Shown piece after piece: positions 52,691-64,000 of a stretch of 64,000 bases of DNA. Source of the DNA: Lingula anatina (lineage: Eukaryota; Animalia; Brachiopoda); contig CM120640.1 in the NCBI GenBank assembly GCA_051362555.1, positions 11,966,001-12,030,000 of the forward strand. Reading direction: 5' to 3'. Position 1 is the stretch's first letter, and each line of letters opens with the position of its first letter. A program made the translations under genes and the position numbers. The notes under the pieces were generated by a model. That model was given only the letters and a program-made list of their open reading frames with translations, was not told the origin of the DNA and searched no databases.

Positions 52691-55552
52691 ATGTGGTTCT
52701 TCGGTTTTCTTACATCGATGCTATAGTTAAATTGATAAAGTAATGATTTTACTAAAATATTTCAGTAAAATATACGATGATTAACAATTGTCACTTTAAC
52801 TCTTTCAAATTTTACTTTAAAAGTGTGCCGAGAAATCGGTTTAGTGTTGTTCATCAGTTTTTTTTTTTAATTTAGAGTGATACAAATATCAACGACATTG
52901 ATATTAAAAGTCATAGTGATACTGTATTGAAATTGACAAAAAAAAATAATAATTAAAAAAAAAAGGCGGGGGGGGGGGTAGATGACTCTCTTACGGAAGA
53001 ACCCCAAAACGTCCACCACAGAAAAAATATTATTAATATAGATTAAAAGCATATTCGCTAACCGCATCTAGCAAAAACTGAAATGACACAAGTTGAAAGA
53101 TCTGATCTACTCAAGTTTCATTTTTTTCTTTTGAGAAGGGGGGGGGGGGGTATGACTACGAGTATTAATATAGGACGCCATTTACGGAGATAATATTTAG
53201 CGTTTGTGTTTTTGAGGAAAAGTAATAAGATTTTATTAAAATTACTGTACAAATAAATTATCAGAATGCTTGTACTTTTAGAAGCTGGTACATTAAAGCC
53301 AAATAAAGGACTAAACATTTTTATTGATTGAGGCATTGTAGGAGATATTTTCCAATGTGCTCAAGATATATTTTCAAAAATGATCACAATTTATTAACTC
53401 AATGAGTCATGGTTGCAAGGATAAACTGAAACTTTTGAATAGTCAACTGACAGGAGATATGAGATATAATTCCTTCTACTGGTAAATCAGACACCAGAAA
53501 GCATGGTTGTTAAAGGGGCTTTGAAATATGAACCTTGCTAGGTCAAAACAATAGTCCTCTTATATTGAAATCAGCAGTGGCCTACATTCCAACCAATAAC
53601 ATCTTAAGCAGAAGATAGAGCCCTAGTTGCTTTCAAGGCAGTGAGTTAAAGTAGATCAGTGTTTTTAGTACTGCTGCCACATATGGATATACTGGTACTT
53701 CTCATGAAAGGTTGGTGATTCAATTTTCACGATATGCATCTTATTTGTAAGAATTTGTGTAGATTTATATAATTTGATTTTTTTTAATTTGAAGTTTCAC
53801 ATGTCAATCCACATGTAAACTTGTTATATATGCATGGTTGTGTATAATATGCTGGTAGCTTTGTTTATTTACTGGTACACATATTATTCTAATTTGTAAC
53901 CTTTATTTTATCCTACAGAAATTTCTTAAAAATAACCTCTGATTCAATTGCTTTTGGTTTGAAATTCTTGTACAAGTTTTTTTATTGTTGATCAAAATGT
54001 ACTACTGGTATATTACAATATTTGATTGCATTTTTGTAATGTTAATCCTACATTATAAAATGTCATATATTTATATATCTTTTTTTTAGTCTTTTTCTTT
54101 CAAGTTTTAAAAAATAGATGAGAAATGGAGTCAGCATATAATAAAGCTTATATCAGTCACTATGCAATTCAGATAAACAGAGCGTACTAGTATTTGATGA
54201 GCAGTTTCTAATGAGCCTTTGGCAATGAACATATACATTAGATTATCTAGAGAAATATAGACTATAGGATTATGTATAAGCTTAATGCAGATTGAACACC
54301 AAATGTAATGTTAATTACTCTGTAAACACCATCTATAGATGATATTATGACCCTCTTTTGGTAAGGGATTACAGTTTGAACATTAAATATGAACACGATG
54401 AATGACCATACAACTTCACTACAATTGTTGTCAAAGGAATAATTCTTCTCATAAAATTAGTTTGTTCTAACAGAAGTACTGTGTAATATAGTGAGACACC
54501 AGTGAATTACTTCCGTTGTTGCTAACAAAAATCAATTGCTATTCAGACCTTAGTCTTCAGAGAGAAGGTTTCCAAAGAAGTTTATATTATTGCTTCTTCT
54601 TGTGATTTCACACCTAATTGTGTGATTGCTTAGTAATTACTTACAGCATTGCAATTGTTCGAGTCCTTAAACTTGTCAGGTCTAAATCTTAAATCACCAG
54701 GGGAGGTATATATAACACTAATAATTAAAACATTGGAAAATATGGTTTTACGATTACGACATGAAAGATTAAAATGTGGTGACTTTCCTTCTCAATTGTA
54801 ATGTGACAACCATTTTATCTATTCGTTAAGGAAGAAACAGGTAAAATTTTGATTGATATTTGTTGCAGGAACATATAAAAAATTTAAGAATCCAGAGAAT
54901 AGGCATCTTCTTTTTTTTTTTTTTCGTAATAGTTTTACTTGTTTCATTGAATGCAACTGTCTCACCAAAATACAGGTAGAAAACAGCATTGGTTATTGAT
55001 TTAACATGTCTAATCTGTTTAAGTGGTCATAGAATCCATGCAGCTTAAGTAATAGACACAGCTAAGTATGATTTATAGATTGGTATCCAAGGAGGTTGAA
55101 CCTTGTGTTGATATTAACTGTTGTTGTATAGAGACAACTCGCCATCAAATTTAAGGACAAGCTGCCATTTATTAAGTTTAAGTTAAAATTATTTCATTCA
55201 AATTTATCAGTGTAAAAAAGTACACCATTTTCATTTTTTTAATTTTTTTGAAAATTGATAAAGCTATTTCCAGCATACATATATTTCACTCATAAAAAGA
55301 TATTTCAATTTTCATAGTGTATTTTAATGTTATGGAAAGAATTTATTCTAACTAACAGAAAAGTTTAAATTTATCATTTCTTCATGCATTTAACGTTAAT
55401 CAAATTAGTTGTCTGCATGTGTGTATGCAAGCAGTCATTTGTATACACATGCTTGCAGGTGTGGTCAGTGCTTAGTTTACATTTGGATTTTTTTCAAAAA
55501 TTGAAATGAACACGTAAGTTATGTACAAAGCATCTTCTTCAGATGACTCAAA

Positions 55553-57637
55553 ATGAGTAGGCTTCATATGCCTCATACGCTGCAGACCAAGTCCAGTCTG
55601 TTTGCAGTAGGACACAGGCAAGCAGCACCCAGTGGATCCAGTGTCACTGCCTTTGGTTGTGGACCAAAGCATGACTTTGACCATGACCACCATAAAAAAG
55701 AAAGAATGGTAAGGATGTGTGTGTGTGTGTGTGTGTGAAAATGCATGATGCTTGTTTAGATATTATTTCATATTGTTAATATATATTTGGTTATTTATAT
55801 TGAATTTAAACTAGTACATTTAAATAAGTAACTTAAAACTGAAGGATTTTAAAAAGTAAAAGTATTCAGTTCTAATGTTTTCAGGTGGTATGTGACAAAA
55901 TATTTGTTGTAGGTTATCAGATTCAATGTTGTCACAGTTTTCAGTTGTTCAGTTATTGAAAATATTGAAAAATGCTTCCCTTGAAAACAATTTGATGAGG
56001 CACTTAATGAATAATTTAAAGTCATGTTACAGATTATTATGTGTGATACTATTTTAGCTGGATGATGATGATGCTTCAGAGTGTATGTCTAGTGGCTGTA
56101 CCCAACTCAAAAGTATTGATAATGTGTCACATTACATTCCAAAAAGGTGAAAGTAATGCTGGTGCAAAATATTTATATCCCATGAGGTGAAAAGTTTTAT
56201 TTCCTTCATAAAACAGAATGATACTATTTTAAATTATTTATTTGGGACTGAAGCCACTATTTCTGTGGGGAAAAACAAAATTATGTTTATAAACCCCCCT
56301 TTTTTTTTGGGGGGGGGGGGGCAGTGATTGTTTGTCTTTTTTTTCAGTGAACATAGATCTGTTTAGTGCTGGTTTTATTTTTTCTTTAGGTATGTTATGA
56401 GAACACGTACCAAATGGACCCTCCAACAAAGTTTAAACCAGAGAGAGTCAATGTCATAATCAGGGATGTTTTACATCAGTTTTTAAACGGTAAATGGTTT
56501 TCCTTAATGCAATTTCTTGTAGTTCAAATGTATACTATTTTTCAATTTATGATTAATATTAGCAATTGTGAAATATTATTATGTATTTAAATTAAAACGA
56601 GAGTACAATTACAAAGGATTCTATTCAAAAGCCAAAATCCAATTATTTTGATCAATATTGCAATGTTAAAGGTATTGTATATGGGATGTACCTGCCAAAA
56701 TGAATTTTCCTCTGTAAAAAAAATTCTCCTACTTACAACTCATTTCTCAACTGGTTCTTTCACTTGGACTTGATTTTTTATTCTATTTTTAATGATATGT
56801 TTCAGTTCTAAATGACTGTCCAGTCTTGTAGAACACCATTTCTTTCTGTACATTTCAGAAGAAACTATTGATGACGGGTACTTTTACTTGAGGGGTTTTA
56901 TCATTTTTGAGGTCTGATATTAGAAAGATAAGTGGCTTTGCAGGACTTGTAGACAGACTATATGACTTAGGGAAATTTGCAAACACGCATAATATACCTT
57001 TAAGCTTGCAGTGATATGTTTCAGTAAAACTGAATATATTTAAGTGATATATTTTTTCTCTCTTTCATAAGGCAAAGAGTATGATCCAATTCAGTGTTCT
57101 GTTTTAACAAAAGAAATTGCCAAAGAAATCAAAAAGAGAGTCAAGGAACTAGGATTTGCAAGGTATGAAAGTTAATGAAAAAATAAAAAGAGATTTAGAA
57201 ATTTTTTTTTTTTATATTTTTCTAATTAAACACATTTTAAAACACTATCAACTTCCTCACACTAAACTCTGTCTCATTTTGTAATTTATCATAATACTAG
57301 TAATATTGTGCTTTTGCCATTCAAATGTTGTAGACGTAGAGATCATATTTATACTGAATGTTTTCTACGCTCATAAAATTTTTGTCCTTTCTGGTAAAAT
57401 GCTTGAATTTTGGCATTTTGTCCATGTAGTGAAGTGCAATATATTGAATTTGTAACTTTACTTTATTTCAGATACAAGTTTGTTAGTGTGGTAAATATTG
57501 GTCAGAAGAAGGACCAGTGTGTACGTGTTGGCAGTAGGTGTATCTGGGATGTAGAGAGAGACAATTTTGCCTCAGATACCTTTGAGAGTCCACACATGTA
57601 TGCAGTTGGGGTGGTATTTGCAGTTTATTTTGAATAG
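55553..57637 (+). CDS. Tctex1-domain dynein light chain (TCTEX1D/DYNLT5-like), about 170 aa without the questionable 89-nt exon
   Basis: Exons 55553-55708, (56058-56146 uncertain), 56390-56489, 57072-57162, 57472-57637. Motifs YENTYQMDP, RVKELGFARYKFVSVVNIGQKKDQCVRVGSRCIWDVERDNFAS, VFAVYFE*. Confidence 0.9.
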
Positions 57638-59738
57638 ATGTAGAAATTTTGTTACTTGGGAAATATCCTGCGATAAAATGTTTGTTATCATTTTTGTTAA
57701 TTACAATGATACCTGAACCTACCTACAAAATGGTAATGTTTTTAAAGGTGAAAAGAAAACCTTTATTTAGACAAATAGTACAGATGTGATGCGTAAGTGC
57801 CTATGGGGCTAAATGAAAATAATGAAACATGTCAACTTGGACTTGATCAAAAGGATATGTACTGGTATATAGATTAATAATTTACCAAAAAGTTGCTTTG
57901 TTGCTATGCAGCAACATAGTTTTGTTAAATGCCATTAGCCAAAATGACAACTCTAGAACATGGAATTGCTTTTAAAACACATTGGTATCTAATCAGGCAA
58001 TATGTATCTTTTCAATTTCATGTAAGGTTATAGTTGATTTATTGAAACCAAATACTGGAAATGACTATAATTACCTCCAGTCATTACTCATTTTTTCTCT
58101 GAAATAATGCAATCCTCCATTTTCATAGAAATATACAACACTTTTTTAAAGTACGTACATCAATCATCATATGTTAATTAAATGTTGCTTAGATGGAAAT
58201 ATTTGAATATAATATTTAAGTTGCATAATACTTGTCATCAGTGAGGCTTCAAAGAAAAAAGTATGATTTGTGAAAATGAGGATGTTTAGTTATATGGTAT
58301 TGTATTATTATATTTTGGTTGTGTAAAGGCCAATTTGACAATCCATGTAGAATGGTGGTTTGCATTATTGAAATAACAGCTTTCGTGTAAATGATTTAAC
58401 TTTAAAATTTTGGTGTCAAGAGAAAACATATTTAATCTGTGCTTATTTGGATTGCAAGGTAATATGTGTTTGATAACAGAGGTATATTATTTGCTGAAAT
58501 TAGTTTGACAGGTCTTTCTTACAGATGCTAAGGAAAGGATTAGATCAAAATACATGCCCCCCCCCCTCCCCCAAGAAAAACACAAGAAAAAAAAGAGAAA
58601 TAAAAGATTCACCTTATATTCAATGTTATGCCTATAGAAAATAATTCAAATTTTAAATTCCTAGTCATATTTTGTTAAGTGCTACAAAGCCAGTATTGCT
58701 AAGGTTACATAATATTTTAATTTTATGTCATTAGTATGTTATACCAGCACAGTCACACACCTTTGTTTTTACATATGTGATGCACTGTTTTATTTGAAGA
58801 GTTTTATTGAGTTGAGTGCAATTTTACAGTGCAATGAATCTCCATAATGTGAACAAACCCACCAGAGCTTTTATTAATAGGTTCTACAATACTTATATAC
58901 ATTCACCAGTTTACAATATGGTAACATTTTTCTGTTAGGGAAAAATGCCTATAACCAGGATTCAGACAAACATGTAATTTGCTGAACAAAAGTAAACAGC
59001 ATTGAAAATGCAATTTATTACACTGTACAAAGAAGGTTTTAAAAACTTGTTTGAAAAAACAATGCATTTTTCAACTCTTAACTTCAACTGTTTTTTTTTA
59101 TGGTTTTAGACACGTAAATTTTAATGTGAAAGTTCATGTAAGTTCACAACAAACATTTGCAATATTTTTCTGAATAAACTTCTTTTGGGAAAATATGCTG
59201 CCTAATCTGTTTACTTTTGCATGTAGATGTTTAATTAGATCTTACATAATTTCACCACATTCTTATTGTCTTAACTTTATAAGACGTTGATACATGTGAT
59301 TCACTTCAATTTGCAGCAAATTGTGTTTCTGATTGCATTAGGTGTGCCATTTCAGTGGTATAGGGTGTTAACACTGTTATGCACTTCATTTTTTTTTTTA
59401 ATCCTTATAATCATTCATTTCATTTGCTCATTTCACTGCACAGTCATAACGCCAGCTCTGCAAAGGGGAAGATGTTGTCAGATTCTGAGGATTTTTTTTT
59501 TTTTTCATTTTCACTGACAACCACAAGATATCACATCCCTGTGAATATTTTTTGCCAATTTTTGGTATCATGATATATATTTGATTCTTTCTCCCACTGA
59601 TTTACATTATAATACTATCTATATTGTAGTTGTATTGCAATCTGAATCACCATTTTGATTTTTTAAAAACTAATTAATTCTCAATTTTTTGGGTAAAAAT
59701 CATGCTCACTTGCTCATGCACTTGTTCTTGCTACTTAA

Positions 59739-62206
59739 AGGGTTTGCTTCATGCCGTCAGAATGGCCTGAACGGAACATATTCTTCAGAAAACATGCCCA
59801 ACTAACGATATCTTTATCCAAATACACAAATTAAAAGCTCATTTTGTAAATTTTTGGCTTTAAAAAACGTCCTATTTGCTCGGCCTGGGAGTTAATGAGC
59901 TACGGGGTCACGTGGTCCAATGACGACAATCGAGCCACTGGAGAACAGCGTGCTTAGCTGTCAAACTGAGCTGCATTGTCTACTTGTAAGATTACTTCTC
60001 TGGCTTCTGATAAAAGTTTATACTCATTCAAATCTCTTACCCGAGGGGTCTAAATCCTCGTAAAGCTGTGTAAAACCATTTCCCGTCTAGTCATTTCTTT
60101 AACAAGCATTTCATTATGGTTATCCCAAGTTGTATAAAACACTGCATTTGAATGAGTTAAGGGAAATGTTGATTATTGCATATGAGGTCCATGTTATTTG
60201 TGAAATTCAATTTATTTTATTAAACCGCTGACACTCCGCCTTGCATACTTTTATTAAACTGAGGTAAACAATGCCCGTTACCTTTACAATTAAGTCCTAT
60301 CTTAATCATCCATCTAACTGGAACTTCCTTTACCTCTTAATTAGAGGGTTAAATGGCATTCAATTTGTCTTGCTTGTATCGAACGCACTCTCTATCTACT
60401 GTAAGCTTTACTCCAGTTATCTCAGGTAAAAATCTACCTGTGTGTTAGTTACAAAGCGCAGCTCCCGTAGACCTGGGGGTACTAGGTAAAATCTGAACAC
60501 CAGGTTTATCGAGGAGCTAGAGAAAGAAAGGAAGAATTTTTCCTGCACAACTTCATAGGAATTTTAACACGGACTTGATCCAGCTTAGACCTCCAAACTA
60601 ACAGGGTGACATGGGCAATTTTCACAAACAAATCATAAAACTATATTTCAGTTAACCGCCTTTAAAATAAATATACCGTTCTGGGTAAATTAAAATAGTT
60701 ATTAAATCGCAAGAATATTTTTGACTTAAATGATGATTTTATTATTAATGGAAATTAAGCTACTATATACGGTACATTTGCTGTGATTACGCTGTCCTTC
60801 ATGTTTTGCGTAAGTCTACATTTTGCTGTATGTGCTTGTAATCTTTTTAAATATGTGCGTACAATTTTTGCAGGTCTGGTTACCCCCCTGTTATATGATG
60901 AGAGTATTAATTTGGCAATTAGTTCCTTAGCTTATTTGAATAGAATTGCAGTGTAAAATTTTCAACAAGATGTTGGCGAAATAGCCCATTACTCTTTGTA
61001 GGTATTTCCCCCGTCAAAGTTTGTCTAAAATTATCTTTCAATCTTTACTCTTTCAAAGACAGTATAAAGTTACCTGACATATTTTCGTGTAAACTTAATG
61101 ACAAGCCAAGTGTCTCCAGTTCATTCCGTACTCAATTTTACCCAAGCAAATTTTTTTCTTGAGTAGATCTTTATAGCACGGTGTTATAAGCTTACAAATT
61201 TGCAAAAAAAAAAATTGCGTACTGACGCAGAATTTGCGTTTCAAGTTATAAAATAATCAATCTTTTAAATTATTTAATATTTCAGATGAAATAATCTTCA
61301 GAAACAAATCCTCAAAGCATAAACGAATTAGGATAACGAACCATTTTATTATAGCAGTTCCCATTTTTTCTTTAATATAACGCTCTTTTTCCTGTTTTTC
61401 CTCAACACGTTTTCTTCCACGGAAGCTTCAAGATACCCTGAGAGCAATTTCTTTTATTAATGTTCGCGACCGTGTTTGAACTTAACTGTTTAAGTATTGA
61501 TATTTAACATCATTTACAAATACCAATAAAATAACCCCATGAAATAAATGAGATATATTGAAAAATATGAAAGCCCACCAAGACGAGTTTCATACCTGTT
61601 ATTACCTGGCTTGGGAATTGCAGCGGTGCATAATTAACAGGTTTGTTGTAAACGAGCTTTTGGTCAACTACAATGCATTTAAAATGCATCAGCAATCAGT
61701 AAGTTTGCCAACTGATGACAGTTAATCTGAAAGACTACCAGCTCTTGATATGATCTAAACCACCTGAGGTGACCATGATCTAGAGCATCGCAACTATTGT
61801 CACCGAAGTTAGTAAGTAAGTCACGGAAGACCGTCACAGACAAAGAAAGATTGTCAACGAGAGCTGCAATTTTGGTGAATCCCACGGCAACACACCGAGG
61901 CATAACGAAAATTCCTCAACTCCGTTCAACACAACTTTCCTTAACTTCTCCGTCTGTATGCACCATGCAGCTCAGTTGAGTCTCATAGACCTTTATCGTG
62001 ATTGTCGTCACAGTACCACGTGACCCAGATCTGTTGCTTCATTTTTGCATATTGAGGTGAGGTTTACTAAAACGCTTTTTTTTCTACTAATAGATTGTTT
62101 TTATAATTTTTAAATGGCGGGGATCGATTAAAACATACCTCTAGTGTATAGATTGAGTGCTGTATCTTCAAAATTCGAGAAATGGATTTTTACATGAACA
62201 TTGTCC
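59739..62206. mobile_element. Decayed ~2.5 kb TTAA-flanked DNA transposon, Kolobok-like
   Basis: TTAA at 59735-59738 and 62207-62210; symmetric subterminal inverted matches 59905-59931 vs 62000-62026 (24/27) and 59964-59976 vs 61965-61977 (13/13); CpG-rich; THAP-like MPRCVAVG start at 61903 (-). Confidence 0.6.
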
Positions 62207-62228
62207 TTAAACCATAACAATAGATCTT

Positions 62229-62490
62229 TCAAACAGTCTCACTCAATAAAGAATTCTGTAGTCTCCTGATTTCTTCCTGAATATTTTTTCTTGCCTGAAC
62301 TTCAAACTTGTCCCTGAACTCTTTAGTGGCATAAATGTTGGGAATTTGAAGGAATGATTGTAAAACCTGAAATGCAAAATACTGCACTGAACAATTTGAG
62401 CACATGCTCATGATAATTCTAGAAACTAATGTGTTTTAGGAATACATTCATTTAGCCCAGACTTTAAATGCAACTTAATACTGTTCACTA

Positions 62491-62563
<73 letters not shown>

Positions 62564-63872
62564 TGTCCACGATATTGGGTAACAACAATGGGTTATCACC
62601 TTTGAAAGTCTGTCAAAATATTCCTATGTGTTGGGTTACAATGTGAAAGGGGATAGATTTGTCTTATTATAGCAAATATATATATAATGAAATAATTCAA
62701 TTTTGCAACTAATATAGTGTTCTCTATTTTCATCCTGGCACTTTAAGTACTCATATTTGGTCATGCTCAAAATAGTACATATGTAATGTTTTAATAATGT
62801 TACTTTGATAAATATTACTATTTATAAACTAAATAGCAAAGCTGACAAATGTACACACATGCTGGGGTAGTGCTAGCAAATTTTTTCCCTTAGCCAAATC
62901 ACTATTTTTTCATCACTTTTTCCTCCAAATGCTTTAAATCTGACTAAAACAAAATCAACCCTTGTTTATTAAGCCAATGTAAGTAAGTTTTAGTATTTGG
63001 CTAAATTGGGGAGTGTTAGCGTTACCCCAGACATATATAACCACACACTTTGCAAGCCCTCCCCCCTTTCCCACACACACAGACAATTACTCCCCATCAA
63101 TTGTGCATTTACCTGGACCCTTCTTGAATTAAAATGTTCAGAAGGTATGTGGATATATTCTTGTCGAATCTGATCAGAGTACTTTTCATAGTCTGTAAAT
63201 ATAATTAAAAAACCAGATATATAGCTTCAATTCGATCTGTGTGTTCTGTTTAATTTATTCAAAATCAAGTCCACATAATATAATCACAATTACAGTGCAT
63301 AATCTTCATAATATAGTATCAATTGTGCAATTGTCCATATGAACACCCACAGAATAATTCTTTCAGATATACAGTTTATTTCATTTTTTATTCTGCAATA
63401 TATCCTGGCAGTACTTACAACACATGTACCCAGTACTCACCTTCATCAGGCCAACCAAGCACAGCCATGTCAAAGTCCAGGAGGTAGTGCCAGTCTTCCT
63501 TTCCATAAAACCCTGGAGTGGCATGGACAGGTGTCTTATGACTCTTGGTTAAAACAATCCACCCTGAAACCAACTCGCTTTCTTCTGAGGGCTAAAAAAT
63601 AAAACAAAACCTTACATATGTTCAAACACCATATATTAAACTAGAATTAAACATAGTATTCTCATGATGTGACATTTGTCCAAATTTAACATTACAGATA
63701 GTTCTATTAAATATTTATGATTCAAGAGAATGTGGTACTAATACTCTTGTGCTGAGTGAAATGCATACATGTATAGCATGATATGATTACCAATCTCATT
63801 TCTCTGGCAAATTTTTTAAAGAATTCTGCACTTCTTTCTTCGTTGTCATCTCTTTTAGGGTCATATATCACA
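62229..63872 (-). CDS. COG4339-like predicted metal-dependent HD-superfamily phosphohydrolase, last four exons; 5' part outside the window
   Basis: In-phase exons 63791-63872, 63441-63591, 63113-63192, 62229-62366: VIYDPKRDDNEERSAEFF...LTKSHKT...YLLDFDMAVLGW...YEKYSDQIRQEYIHIP...[39 protein letters not shown]. Confidence 0.82.
62493..62560. repeat. (TA)n microsatellite
   Basis: Visible dinucleotide run. Confidence 0.98.
62862..63030. mobile_element. Short MITE (about 170 bp) in an HD-gene intron
   Basis: CTGGGGTAGTGCTAGCA vs revcomp of the right end CTGGGGTAACGCTAACA (14/17). Confidence 0.6.
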
Positions 63873-64000
63873 CTGAAAAAAATTGGATATATCAAATCCA
63901 ATAACTTGAGAGAAATTACCAGTATTATTATTTGTAATTTGTTAGAAACACTTTAAAATAGATGACATTTTCTAATCAAACACTGACATAATTTTTCACA

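Noticed and set aside
55412-55457. Short imperfect hairpin in a Tctex intron
   Set aside because: Too short for a miRNA precursor and built from low-complexity TG/CA/TA sequence.
57900-57915. X-box-like palindrome GTTGCTATGCAGCAAC
   Set aside because: Lies in the 3'UTR with atypical spacing and no promoter context.

Overview
Gene-dense, AT-rich, intron-containing animal DNA, probably from a lophotrochozoan-like invertebrate (inferred from composition, CpG-depleted gene bodies and gene content). Nine spliced protein-coding genes were reconstructed by hand, almost strictly alternating in strand: SON (3' end, +), DONSON (-), DGCR2/IDD-like (+), an MGCxxS calpain lacking the PEF domain (-), a TLC-domain protein (+), a three-repeat Myb (+), OGFOD1 (-), a Tctex1-domain dynein light chain (+) and the 3' part of a COG4339-like HD-superfamily protein (-). 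Mobile DNA comprises several MITEs (Harbinger-, Kolobok-, hAT- and Mutator-like), LINE remnants and a decayed 2.5 kb Kolobok-like element. Most notable: (i) the 8.5 kb first intron of the DGCR2-like gene contains two CpG-rich internal promoters, a sense and an antisense spliced micro-ORF transcript, and a 180-nt multi-helix candidate ncRNA; (ii) a U12-type intron in DONSON, within the human-like SON-DONSON tail-to-tail pair; (iii) a retroposon insertion in OGFOD1 that carries an exact 46-bp copy of a neighbouring exon. All calls come from reading the sequence; no searches or folding programs were run.
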